A program made the position numbers and the translations under genes. A stretch of DNA of 64,000 bases, from positions 1 to 64,000 of the IMG/VR virus record IMGVR_UViG_2597490183_000004; one strand, given 5' to 3'. Source of the stretch: a virus (taxonomy: Duplodnaviria > Caudoviricetes). A model generated the notes under the pieces. The model made no database searches. It saw only the letters and a program-made list of their open reading frames with translations, and was not told the origin of the DNA. Positions 1-9,029 of this stretch are shown here, in pieces (the first letter of the stretch is position 1; every line of letters starts with the position of its first letter).

Positions 1-177
1 TCAGACGGCTTCCGCGGAGCTGCCCCGTACGGCCGCCACCCACTCGACGAGAAGCCGCTCGTACTCCCGGCGGCCCTCCGGCGACACCACACCGCCGTCG
101 GCGACCAGAGCGCGGATCTCCGCGTTCAGCTCAACCATCGGGCGGGCAGGCGTCGGCTCGGTCGAAGTGGAGGTCAT
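1..177 (-). CDS. small hypothetical protein (host side), MTSTSTEPTPARPMVELNAEIRAL...YERLLVEWVAAVR
   Basis: Hand-translated ORF from ATG 177 to TGA at 1-3, high GC3; below the ORF-track cutoff. Confidence 0.6.
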   Translation of the reverse strand: MTSTSTEPTPARPMVELNAEIRALVADGGVVSPEGRREYERLLVEWVAAVRGSSAEAV

Positions 178-536
178 GTGAAGAGGCTAGTGGCATGGAG
201 GGGGGTCCGGCTGCCGGTCGAACGTGTGGGGCCCACCACGCGCGGCCGCCGCCCCGGCAGGACAGCGCTACCGGGGAGCTGTCCTGCCGCCCGGTGAACC
301 TCTTCACCTCGCCGCCACGTCCCGCCGCGACCGACCGGCCCGAACCCCCGTTGCCGCACGTAGACGGCGTGTGACGGGGCAGCAGGCCCGGCCGCGCAGG
401 TCCCGACGGGCTCGCTGACGGGCTCGGTGCGCCCGGCCGGAAACGCGATGCGCGGGCTTGCGGTCCGGCGACGGCGTACCCGTGCGGCGCGACGAGAATC
501 ACATGCTTCGAGGCCCCCGGAGAACCGTTGCGGACC

Positions 537-1061
537 CTACTCGCAGCCCACCCCGTCGCCGTCACGGTCCAGATGCGGCCCGTACCCGGGCTGGCCGGAC
601 CGGATGGGTGAGGCACCGGCAGCACGAACCGCATCGCAGTTCTGGTAGTACGTCGACGTGCCGCCGGAGCCTCCATTGCTGCCGGAGGAATCGTCGCGGG
701 CCACGGGCTTCTTCGCGGGCTTCGGCTCCGGGGGAGCGGCGGTGACCGTGACCCGCACCTTCTTGACCTTCGTGACGGTCGGAGCCGGCTCCGGCGTCGC
801 GGTCACCGTGACCGTCGCTGTCTCCGTGACGGTGACCGTCGGCCCGGGCTTCGCTTTCGCGGCGACCGTGCGCACTTCCTGCGGCTGTTCACCGGTTGCG
901 CCGATCCCGACGCCGAGCAGGAGCAACACGCCGGCCGCCGGGAGCACGACACGCTTCCGCGCCCACCCCGGTCCACCCGTCGAAGGCGGCTGCGGTGTGA
1001 AGTTGCCGCCCTGGCCCCAGCCGGGCTGACGCGACGGGTGCTGCGAACTGTTCCAGTCCAT
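537..1061 (-). CDS. membrane-anchored Excalibur calcium-binding domain protein (host side)
   Basis: TM helix, PTVTVT low-complexity linker, C-terminal YYQNCDAVRAAGASPIRSGQPGYGPHLDRDGDGVGCE Excalibur signature; start set at ATG 1061. Confidence 0.85.
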   Translation of the reverse strand: MDWNSSQHPSRQPGWGQGGNFTPQPPSTGGPGWARKRVVLPAAGVLLLLGVGIGATGEQPQEVRTVAAKAKPGPTVTVTETATVTVTATPEPAPTVTKVKKVRVTVTAAPPEPKPAKKPVARDDSSGSNGGSGGTSTYYQNCDAVRAAGASPIRSGQPGYGPHLDRDGDGVGCE

Positions 1062-1181
1062 GGTCCCCCCAAGTGCTGTGCGGAGGCCCGACCGTAGCGA
1101 CCCGACGGGGCCCGGGGGAGCGAGTTGTTCCGGTGGTGATGGAGTTGTGACCAAAGAGTGGGGGATAGGTGCTGAGTCCGT

Positions 1182-1267
1182 TCAGCGGATCTGCCGCCCC
1201 GAGATCGCCCGCGCGATGACGAGGCGCTGGATCTCGCTGGTCCCCTCGAAGATCGTGTAGATCTTGG
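1182..1267 (-). pseudogene. displaced 3' end of an acyl-CoA dehydrogenase gene marking the prophage att junction
   Basis: Minus strand reads KIYTIFEGTSEIQRLVIARAISGRQIR*, the typical ACAD C-terminus, with no upstream gene body; lies about 80 bp from the integrase stop. Confidence 0.8.
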
Positions 1268-1345
1268 GGCGACACGTGCCAGGCAACGCCGCACTCCCCT
1301 CGTTGAGAAGCGTGCGGAATCGCGTATGTGCAGCTCAGTGGCCTG

Positions 1346-2695
1346 CTAGGCAGTTTCGGCGGGGGTGCTTCTCAGGAGAGCGCCGGGCCGCTGGGGGTGC
1401 TTCCGCTGGCGCCTGGGGGATTCCTGGGAGATCAACTTCTCAGACTCGTCACCAGCCGGCACTGGGCCGAACCCGGCGCCATCGTCCGGGAGGCTGAACG
1501 CCGCATCCCAACTCGCCTGCAACGAGGAGGCGATAGCGAGCTCCATGCCCAACGTGGTGTGGGAGTACGTACCCTCCACTCCCTGCAGAGTGTGACCCAT
1601 CCGCTCCTCTACCGCCACCCTCGGATGGCCGGCCTCATCCAGCAGCACCTTCTGCCCATGCCGCAGGCCATGGGGCACCATGCCCTCGATCCCGGCGACC
1701 GGCCGAATTCCGGGCAGCGCCCCCCGGCCTCGCACCGCCGGCTTCGGAGCCCGGCCGTCCACCATGGGATGCCACGTATCGGAGTAGAAATCGCCGCCGA
1801 TCAGCAACCGGCCCCCCTTAGGCGCGGTGAAGACGAACTCGCCCGGCCTGGCCTCCACCAGCTCCCTGAGCAGATTGGCCAAGCCGTCGTTGATAATGAG
1901 CCCACGCGCTGAGTCGTACTTCGCCGGGACCAGGGTCGGCTTCCCATCGATGTACTGCGACTGATACTTCAGCAAGATCCGCGGACCCTGGCCGCGGTCG
2001 TCCAGCTGCAACCGGTCTTGAGTCAGCCCGGCGAGCTCGCCGATGCGCAGGCCTGTGTAGAAGCTCGTCAGGACCAGCGCATACATGCTCAGCCCCCGGA
2101 GAGCCAGCCCGTTGCGAGCAACGAGGAGGGCCTGGTGAGCAGTCGGGTAGATCTTCTCTTCCGTGTCCCGCTTCGACTTGTACTTGCCGCGGCGGCCAGT
2201 TGTGCCATCGGGGATCGGGTTGTCGCCGCGGAGCTTGGAGGCAACGGCGTCCTGCATCAGCGTCCGGAACACGGTTCGGACCCCGCTGATGGAGTTCTCC
2301 GCGTATCCCTGCTTCCTGAGAGACAACTCCCATGTCCGGTAGGCGACCTGCGTGATGTCGCGCACCGCAGTGCTGCCCCAGGCGGGAAGGATGACGGCAC
2401 GCAACCGGCTCTTGTAGTCCCGCAGGGAAAGGGGAGAGAGCTCGATGGACTCGATCCAGATGTCCACCCAGTCAGCGACGGTGATCTTTCCGTCCTGCGG
2501 GTTGAGGAACACCTTCCGGCGGACGTCGACTTCGAGGCCGTGGGCGTACTCCTCGGCCGACCTCTCGGTGTAGAAGGGCTTGCCGTCGTCGTCGCGGGAG
2601 ACTGAACCCCACTTCCCGTTCGGCAGCTTGTACCTGCCCCGGTACCGCCACTTCCTGGCGCGCTTGTCGTAGGTGCGCTTCTCGGCATGGGCCAC
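1346..2695 (-). CDS. int: tyrosine recombinase/integrase
   Basis: YTGLRIGEL, HGLRH, MGH and GTYSH catalytic motifs; N-terminal arm-binding region. Confidence 0.95.
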   Translation of the reverse strand: MAHAEKRTYDKRARKWRYRGRYKLPNGKWGSVSRDDDGKPFYTERSAEEYAHGLEVDVRRKVFLNPQDGKITVADWVDIWIESIELSPLSLRDYKSRLRAVILPAWGSTAVRDITQVAYRTWELSLRKQGYAENSISGVRTVFRTLMQDAVASKLRGDNPIPDGTTGRRGKYKSKRDTEEKIYPTAHQALLVARNGLALRGLSMYALVLTSFYTGLRIGELAGLTQDRLQLDDRGQGPRILLKYQSQYIDGKPTLVPAKYDSARGLIINDGLANLLRELVEARPGEFVFTAPKGGRLLIGGDFYSDTWHPMVDGRAPKPAVRGRGALPGIRPVAGIEGMVPHGLRHGQKVLLDEAGHPRVAVEERMGHTLQGVEGTYSHTTLGMELAIASSLQASWDAAFSLPDDGAGFGPVPAGDESEKLISQESPRRQRKHPQRPGALLRSTPAETA

Positions 2696-2814
2696 GATTC
2701 ACCCCTCGGTGGATGCCGCGGCCGACGGGACCGAGGGGCCGCGGGCGATAGGTTGCGAGTCGTCTGGACACACGACTGCCCTGGCCATAGGCCAGGTTGC
2801 AGTCTGGTCGAGGG

Positions 2815-2967
2815 TCAGGCGTCCCAGTCTGTTGACTCGATCTTGCGCGCCTCGGCCTCGGTGATCAGTGACTTGTCGATGTACAGGACTACCTTGCCGG
2901 GCTGCACGTCCGTCCAGGCTTGAACTCCGTGCGGCATGTCCGATACGCGAAGAACCAGGACTCGCAT
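2815..2967 (-). CDS. small hypothetical protein between repressor and integrase (possibly frameshift-truncated)
   Basis: ATG 2967 with GGGGGA RBS. Confidence 0.5.
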   Translation of the reverse strand: MRVLVLRVSDMPHGVQAWTDVQPGKVVLYIDKSLITEAEARKIESTDWDA

Positions 2968-3080
2968 AGGTCCCCCATAACCATCCGAGCGTGGCCCCCT
3001 CGTCGGTATCACGCCATCAGATCACATATGCGGGCGGATTGTGGAGGGTTCCGTGGTGCTGAATGAACGTTTTGGGGCGT

Positions 3081-3566
3081 CTAGTTGGTCGAGTCCGAAG
3101 AATCGTCGCCGTGGTCGAGTTCTTGCAGTACGGACTGCGCTTTGGCCCAGGCGAGCAGGTCCCGGCGGATCTGCTCGGGGGAGGCGTCCGTCGTGCCCTT
3201 GACGACGATCACCATGCGTGACTCGCCGCTGAGCGGAAGGACTCTGGTGTCCAGGAGAGGGCCGTCCGACAGCTCCTGAACGATCCGCAGAGGCAGGCCG
3301 GTCTGATCGCCGACAGGCGAAGCGTCGGAGAGTGAAGTCGGTTCGCCGCCGGCGAGTACGGCATCTGCCGATCCGGGCGCCCATCCGAGGGCGGCCTCGA
3401 CTTTCTTGACCGAGGGGGGCTGGCGCACGCGCGCCTTGCCTGCTTCCAGGTTCTGGACAGTTGATTCGCTGATGTCGGCTGCTTCAGCAAGGGCTACTTG
3501 CGTCATTCCCTTGGCATCGCGTGCCGCCTCAATGGCGTGCCCCAGTCGGACCCAGTCCCTACTCAT
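3081..3566 (-). CDS. XRE-family HTH immunity repressor (cI-like)
   Basis: IEAARDAKGMTQVALAEAADISESTVQNLEAG HTH; divergent from the Cro-like gene, next to int. Confidence 0.85.
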   Translation of the reverse strand: MSRDWVRLGHAIEAARDAKGMTQVALAEAADISESTVQNLEAGKARVRQPPSVKKVEAALGWAPGSADAVLAGGEPTSLSDASPVGDQTGLPLRIVQELSDGPLLDTRVLPLSGESRMVIVVKGTTDASPEQIRRDLLAWAKAQSVLQELDHGDDSSDSTN

Positions 3567-3597
3567 GGGGCACATCATGCCTGAGCTTCAGGCAACG

Positions 3598-3801
3598 CGC
3601 ACCCATCGGTACCCCCAAATGACCTGTATCAATCGGTGCGCCGGGCTCACTTTCGTTGCCTGATTCTGCGCCCCATGGGCCCCGCGTGCGCCGCAGATGG
3701 CACTTGGTGCACCCATTGACACCCAAAGAAGGCAACAGAACACCCAAGTAATCCTGACGCACACCTTGCGAACACCCATCGAAGAGCCTAAGTTGGGTGT
3801 T
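3598..3801. promoter_or_regulatory. genetic switch region: early promoter TTGCGA(3766)-17 bp-TAAGTT(3789) and CACCCA operator half-sites
   Basis: Several CACCCA boxes; inverted pair AACACCCA(3771-3778)/TGGGTGTT(3794-3801) brackets the -10; promoter spacing implies a leaderless GTG at 3802. Confidence 0.65.
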
Positions 3802-4017
3802 GTGACACCGAACGGAGCCGCAATCAGGTCCTTCCGAGAGAAGTGCGGACTGAGCCTGAGACGGCTCGCGCACCTCATCGATCGCGACCCCGGCTTTGTC
3901 TCCCGCATAGAGGCAGAGCAACGGGGAGCGGCGGAGGACACCCTTCGCCACATCGCTGCGGTGCTGCAAGTGCCCGTTGCAGCCATCACAAGGGAGAAGC
4001 CCCGTGACCAGGAATGA
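3802..4017 (+). CDS. Cro-like XRE HTH protein (leaderless)
   Basis: IRSFREKCGLSLRRLAHLIDRDPGFVSRIEAEQR HTH. Confidence 0.85.
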   Translation: MTPNGAAIRSFREKCGLSLRRLAHLIDRDPGFVSRIEAEQRGAAEDTLRHIAAVLQVPVAAITREKPRDQE

Positions 4018-4366
4018 CCTGGCGCTCGCCCCCACCGAGGGGGCCGCCATGAAGGTGCTGGCCGAAGCGCCAGAAGCAGGACCCCCCACGCAGATGCCGT
4101 CCATCGACGGCGCCCTGATTCTCCGGCTCGCCGAGGCGATCGAGGCCCTGGCCAGCCTGTCGAAGATTCAGGACCCGGAGTTGAAGGTGCTGACGCCGGC
4201 TGAGGCCGGTGAAGCGCTCGGCAAGACCGAGAACTGGGTGAAGGAAGCGATCCAGGACCGGCGGATCCCGTTCACCTATGTCGGAAAGTCGCCGCGGCTG
4301 CTGCCTCGCCACATCCGGTGGGTGCTCGACAGCGGCGAGCTGATGCCCCAGACCCAGGCTGCCTAA
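4004..4366 (+). CDS. excisionase-like HTH (HTH_17) protein
   Basis: VLTPAEAGEALGKTENWVKEAIQDRRIPFTYVGKSPR. Confidence 0.7.
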   Translation: MTRNDLALAPTEGAAMKVLAEAPEAGPPTQMPSIDGALILRLAEAIEALASLSKIQDPELKVLTPAEAGEALGKTENWVKEAIQDRRIPFTYVGKSPRLLPRHIRWVLDSGELMPQTQAA

Positions 4367-4454
4367 CAGCAGCAAGAGAGGCCGCCCCGTAACCGCGAAG
4401 TCCGAGGCGACCTCTGAGACCCACCCTCACCGTTCATGACGAAAGGCGGGCCCC

Positions 4455-4817
4455 GTGTCCGACATCCAATCATCCCCTGAGGCTGCTGCGGCAGCCCGCT
4501 TCGCTTCCGAGACTTCGAACCACACCATGACGGTCCTGCACGAGGACGGCCTGTACCGGCACCTCGTCTTCGCAGACCCGGCGGGCGGGTTTTACCGCTT
4601 CGACCTGGTCACGTGGCCGCACAACCTGATGCTGCGTGGCGACGGGTTCAGCTTCGGTGACTTCCGTCTGCGGATTCCGGCGGAGTGGGAGCTGTCGTTC
4701 CAGGACTTCTCGTGGGAGTTCTTGTTCGCCTGCCACGCGGTCATCTGGGGGATCCGGCAGTACGACGCGGCGAAGGCGGCCTCGGTCCCGTCGCAGCGTG
4801 AGGCAGGTGCCCTGTGA
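4455..4817 (+). CDS. phage hypothetical protein (possibly internally deleted)
   Basis: GAAAGG RBS; HTMTVLHEDGLYRHL...LVTWP and FACHAVIWGIRQYD motifs. Confidence 0.7.
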   Translation: MSDIQSSPEAAAAARFASETSNHTMTVLHEDGLYRHLVFADPAGGFYRFDLVTWPHNLMLRGDGFSFGDFRLRIPAEWELSFQDFSWEFLFACHAVIWGIRQYDAAKAASVPSQREAGAL

Positions 4818-5395
4818 GCGCCGCCGACGAGACCGCGATCCAGGCCCTGTCCGCCGCTGGTGCGTTCTGCGGTGAGTGCGGGTTCGAGCCCGGTGACCGT
4901 GGCTGCCCGGACTGCGAACGTGTCTGGGCCGGATACGTGAAGGCCCTCCGTGCCGCCGGTTGGGTGCCCCGCACCGAGGGGCTGATCGAGGCCGCTGACG
5001 TGGCATACGCCGAGGGTGACCGCCTCTACGACGAGCAGGGGTTCGCTGCTGCGGAAGCCGCATGGGGCCTGTCCACCGTGCTGCGCCGCATGGCCGACCC
5101 GTCGAAGACGGGGCAGGACTCCGCCGCCACCCCGCTCACCCAGAGCGGCCCCGCACAGCCAGACCCAACGGCCGAGGCCGACCGCTGGAACGCCGCCAAC
5201 CCGGTGGGCTCCCTCGTCGTGGCCTACCCCGGGTGCCGCCCGGAGGGCAACCCGAAGGCTAAGCGGCTCACCACTCGCACCCGCACCAAGGCGTCCGTCC
5301 TCGGCGGCCACACCGCCGTCGTCTGGGTCCACGGGCACGGCGCATGCATCGCCCTCACCCACGTCGACCGCGCCCAGGAAGGCGGTGCGTCGTGA
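4814..5395 (+). CDS. phage hypothetical protein with CxxC pair
   Basis: GTGA-coupled to neighbours, high GC3. Confidence 0.7.
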   Translation: MSAADETAIQALSAAGAFCGECGFEPGDRGCPDCERVWAGYVKALRAAGWVPRTEGLIEAADVAYAEGDRLYDEQGFAAAEAAWGLSTVLRRMADPSKTGQDSAATPLTQSGPAQPDPTAEADRWNAANPVGSLVVAYPGCRPEGNPKAKRLTTRTRTKASVLGGHTAVVWVHGHGACIALTHVDRAQEGGAS

Positions 5396-5658
5396 CTGCC
5401 GCCGACCTGTCCCGCCTGGACACCGCGCTCCCCGTGCTGATCGCCCGCGTGGACGCCCTGGCCGCCCAGAAGCGGGCCCACATGGCCACCGGGTTGCTGG
5501 CCGAGGACCGCCACCAGTGCGACCCGGACGACATCCGCTTCGCCCGGCTCCCGTGCCCGCACCCCGAGCTGTGCTCGACAGCCGCCGACTACCCGGGCTT
5601 CGACGCCTGGATCGCCCAGCAGCAGAACCTCAACACCGCAGCCCGGAGGAACCGATGA
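5392..5658 (+). CDS. phage hypothetical protein
   Basis: Translational coupling at both ends. Confidence 0.65.
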   Translation: MTAADLSRLDTALPVLIARVDALAAQKRAHMATGLLAEDRHQCDPDDIRFARLPCPHPELCSTAADYPGFDAWIAQQQNLNTAARRNR

Positions 5659-5948
5659 CCGCAACACGCACCCGCCGGCAGTCACCGTTCCAGGACCAGC
5701 TGCTGGCCGACGCGATCGAGTACGCCAAGGAGCAGCTGGTCGTCGCGGACAACGTCGACTTCAAGGACGCCGGGTCCATCGCCTACTCGCAGGGCGGTCT
5801 CGCCGCCACGCTCCGCCGGCTCCTGTGGGTGCTGGGCGAGGAGGACGACTCCCGTGACCGGGCGGCTGACGTCGCCGACGAGGTCGCGGCCGAGGACGGG
5901 GTCCGCAGCATCGGCGTCGCCTTCAAGCGCGGGCCGGTGGCGGCATGA
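5655..5948 (+). CDS. phage hypothetical protein
   Basis: GGAGGA RBS, ATGA overlaps. Confidence 0.7.
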   Translation: MTATRTRRQSPFQDQLLADAIEYAKEQLVVADNVDFKDAGSIAYSQGGLAATLRRLLWVLGEEDDSRDRAADVADEVAAEDGVRSIGVAFKRGPVAA

Positions 5949-6370
5949 GCGAGACCTTCACCTTCGAGGGCATCGAGTTCGACCTGGAGATCGCCTACCG
6001 GGACGTGACCGGCGTCGAGTGGCAGTGGTCCGGGGAGCGAACCCCGGACGGCCTGCCCTTGATGTGGGAGTGCTCGCACAAGTCGCTCTCCCGCAGCACG
6101 ATCACTTTCCCCGACCTGTACTGGGAGCACGGCCCGCTGATCCCTGTACGGGAGCTGTCCGGTGAGGACTTCCGGGCGGCGATCGACCCGAACTACGCGG
6201 CGACCGTGGCCGCCGGGTACGTCGAGACACCGGCCGCGTTCGGTGCCCGCATCACCCCGGCCGTGACCCCGGCCCCGGCGTTGATCGCCCACCACCTGAA
6301 CCCCAGCCCCATGGAACAGACCGGGTTCCGAGGGTTCCTCAACACCATCAAGGGGGCCCGCCGTGGCTGA
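5945..6370 (+). CDS. phage hypothetical protein
   Basis: Coupled ORF; YRDVTGVEWQWSGE...LYWEHGPL. Confidence 0.7.
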   Translation: MSETFTFEGIEFDLEIAYRDVTGVEWQWSGERTPDGLPLMWECSHKSLSRSTITFPDLYWEHGPLIPVRELSGEDFRAAIDPNYAATVAAGYVETPAAFGARITPAVTPAPALIAHHLNPSPMEQTGFRGFLNTIKGARRG

Positions 6371-6812
6371 CACCGACAACGTCGCCGAGCTCCGTAGCCA
6401 GCTGGAGCAGGCCCGCCGGATCGCGGTGACGCTGGAACAGGAGAACGCCGAGCTCGAAGCGCGGCTGGAGAAGTACGTGGGCAAGGAGCCGACGGTCCGC
6501 GACGAGATGGCCTACCTCCAGCGGTGTGCGAACGCGGTCTACGAGCTGTGCGAGTTCGCGCGGATGCGTCGTCACGAGGTCGTGACCGTCGACGAGGTCG
6601 TGCAGGCCATCAGCGGTGAGCGTCCCGACGACCCGGCCGACAAGCGGCGTCGGATCTACATCGACGGTCGGGGCGACGCGTGGCTGTCCCTGAGCCACGA
6701 CCGGAACATCCAGTACATCGGCCCGCTCGCCGGGGCGCTGTGGAGCGAAGAGACCACCACCAGCGTCCGCGACCGCATCGGCGAACTTCACGAGATCGGC
6801 CGGTGCTGGTGA
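6363..6812 (+). CDS. coiled-coil phage hypothetical protein
   Basis: Coupled ORF, high GC3. Confidence 0.7.
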   Translation: MADTDNVAELRSQLEQARRIAVTLEQENAELEARLEKYVGKEPTVRDEMAYLQRCANAVYELCEFARMRRHEVVTVDEVVQAISGERPDDPADKRRRIYIDGRGDAWLSLSHDRNIQYIGPLAGALWSEETTTSVRDRIGELHEIGRCW

Positions 6813-7099
6813 TGACCGACCTGATGGTGAAGATCGGCGGCGTGACGGTCCCGCTGAAGGACTGCGCGTGGTCAATGTGGGCGAAGTGCGGCTGCATGGT
6901 CGCCATCTCGCTGGCCGTCAGCGGTGACCGAATCCTCGCCACCGAGGAGCAGGCCCACAAGAACCACAGCCCCCGCAAGCGCGACCGGGACCGGGAAATC
7001 CGCAACGGCTACCGGTGGGTGCTCATCACCATGGCCCGCTACCGCAGTGAGATCGCGGCCCAGTGGGAGTGCAAGCAGCACCGGAAGCCCGCCGCGTGA
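6812..7099 (+). CDS. phage hypothetical protein (Cys-rich)
   Basis: TGATG coupling. Confidence 0.65.
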   Translation: MTDLMVKIGGVTVPLKDCAWSMWAKCGCMVAISLAVSGDRILATEEQAHKNHSPRKRDRDREIRNGYRWVLITMARYRSEIAAQWECKQHRKPAA

Positions 7100-7188
7100 C
7101 CGCCTACGTCATCACCGCCACCGTCATCGGCGTCATCTTCTGCGCGATGGCGGTGGCCCCCAGCCTCACCCGGAAGGGCAAGTCATGA
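7096..7188 (+). CDS. 30-aa single-TM peptide
   Basis: Hand-translated MTAYVITATVIGVIFCAMAVAPSLTRKGKS; fills the gap with GTGA/ATGA overlaps. Confidence 0.55.
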   Translation: MTAYVITATVIGVIFCAMAVAPSLTRKGKS

Positions 7189-7679
7189 GCTTCAGCAGCC
7201 TCATATCCCGCAGCAAGCCGAAGCACCGGGCCGCCGACAAGGTGGCTGATCTGAAACGGCAGTTGAAGGACCAGCAGGCCGAGACGGTTAGCGCGTTCGG
7301 CCAACTGATCGGGGCAGCCGACACCATCGCCATCCTCCAGCACCAGCTGGCCGACGTCCGGGCGAAGCAGGCCGAGGCCGAGCAGGTCGTCGTGTGCCTC
7401 GACGCCGATCTGCGGGACCGCACCGAGGAGCGCGACCACGCGCTCGCTGACGTGGCCGCCCTTCGCGCCCAGCTCGCCCCGTACCTGGCGGCGGACGCCA
7501 ACGCCAACGCGATCACCGTCCCCACCGCCGAGCGCGACACCACGGCGTTCGAGGACCAAGCGACCGCCCCGATCGACGTCCGCGAACTCCAGGCCCGGTT
7601 CACGGTCGGCCCGGTCGTGTCGTTGCAGCACTCCCCGCAGGCCGCAGATCCGACGCACATCCCGGAACCGCCCGCATAA
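7185..7679 (+). CDS. coiled-coil phage hypothetical protein
   Basis: ATG 7185 coupled; followed by a hairpin at about 7684-7721. Confidence 0.7.
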   Translation: MSFSSLISRSKPKHRAADKVADLKRQLKDQQAETVSAFGQLIGAADTIAILQHQLADVRAKQAEAEQVVVCLDADLRDRTEERDHALADVAALRAQLAPYLAADANANAITVPTAERDTTAFEDQATAPIDVRELQARFTVGPVVSLQHSPQAADPTHIPEPPA

Positions 7680-7787
7680 GCCCACCGGGCGGGCGGTGAC
7701 CACACCACCCTCCCGCCCGGTGCACCAGAACACCCCGCAAGGTCAAGTTGCGGGGCGTCCACCACCAGCATCCCAGAGAAGGACGCC

Positions 7788-8831
7788 ATGACGACCATCA
7801 ACGCCCACCGGCTCGGCCAGCTCATCGACAAGACGATCAACCACATCGGGTCCGAGTACGCCGAGACGCTGCACGGGATCCGGCTCGACGTCGACGCCAA
7901 GTACCTGTACGCCGTCGCCTCCGACCGGTACACCCTCGCCGCCGCCCGCTACCAGCTCAACCACGACGACCAGCAGCAGGAGCCGTGGGCGTGCACCATC
8001 CCCGCCGGACGCCTGCGGGCCCTGCGCGAGTGGATCGACAGCATGAAGGGCGCCGGGCTGATCGCCATCAGCCTCGTCGATGACCGGCTCACCTTCGAGG
8101 GCCCGCTGACCGACCTGAGTATCGCCGTCACCCCGGGCATCGAGTTCCCCGACTGGCGTGGCCTGCTCCGCAGCATGCTGGACAACACCGTCGAAGGCGG
8201 CCTGTTCCCCTGCTTCAACTCCGGCTACCTGTCCCGCTTCAACACCGGCGACATCCTCCGTGTGCGCTTCACAGCAGACGAGAAGCCCGCAGTCGTCTTC
8301 AGCGAGGACTTCATCGGCGCCCTGATGCCCGCACGGCACGCCGGGGTCTACCCGTGCAAAGAGGAGACGTTCGAGGGCGCACACAAGACGTGGCTGTGGA
8401 CCCTCGCCGCAGGGGCCAAGGACGCCAGCCTCGACGGTGCCGCCCACGAGGAGGACCGCCCGAAGTACGAGGTCACCACTGACATCCGGGAGACCGGCGA
8501 AGGCCTCCTCCGCTCGGTGCTCCGGTCGCTCGCCGACGTCAACCGCGCGGACTCCGACACCCAGAAGGACCTGTGGTACGCGCACATCCGCATCGGCGTC
8601 GCCGACTGGATGGCCTTCCGCTACCTCGACGCCCTCCACAACGTCGACCCGCGCGTGGCACAGGCCATCGTCTCCGAGGTCGCCGGGGAGTTGGATGCGG
8701 GCGAGATCGGCGAATACGCGTGGGACGCCGCCGAGAAGGCCGGTCACGACCCGCAGAAGTGGGCCGACGACTACGAGGCGCACCTCAAGGAGCTCGCGGA
8801 GAAGGCCGCCGCAGAGCAGCCCTCCACCTGA
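7788..8831 (+). CDS. DnaN (beta-clamp)-like domain protein with C-terminal extension
   Basis: LHGIRLDVDAKYLYAVASDRYTLA, EFPDWRGLL and FIGALMPAR resemble DnaN middle/C-terminal domains. Confidence 0.65.
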   Translation: MTTINAHRLGQLIDKTINHIGSEYAETLHGIRLDVDAKYLYAVASDRYTLAAARYQLNHDDQQQEPWACTIPAGRLRALREWIDSMKGAGLIAISLVDDRLTFEGPLTDLSIAVTPGIEFPDWRGLLRSMLDNTVEGGLFPCFNSGYLSRFNTGDILRVRFTADEKPAVVFSEDFIGALMPARHAGVYPCKEETFEGAHKTWLWTLAAGAKDASLDGAAHEEDRPKYEVTTDIRETGEGLLRSVLRSLADVNRADSDTQKDLWYAHIRIGVADWMAFRYLDALHNVDPRVAQAIVSEVAGELDAGEIGEYAWDAAEKAGHDPQKWADDYEAHLKELAEKAAAEQPST

Positions 8832-8924
8832 CCCCCCGTCCGGCAGGCGTGTGAGCCCGGCTCCGTCTGCCCGCTGCGGGCCGCCAACCCCCAAGCGGCC
8901 CGCAGCAACCACCAGGAGAACCAC

Positions 8925-9029
8925 ATGATCGCCTGCGTCCGCTGCGACGACACCAACGGACCCTTCAGCCGCCAACCCGAAGGCCACGTCTGCGAAGACT
9001 GCCTCAAAGACCAGGACGGGCAGCGATGA
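8925..9029 (+). CDS. 34-aa zinc-ribbon peptide
   Basis: AGGAGA RBS; CVRC...CEDC. Confidence 0.55.
   Translation: MIACVRCDDTNGPFSRQPEGHVCEDCLKDQDGQR

Noticed and set aside
218-233. TCGAAC half-site as a LexA box
   Set aside because: The second half-site does not match
740-845. GTGACC/GTCACC repeats
   Set aside because: Encode the TVTVT linker of the Excalibur protein
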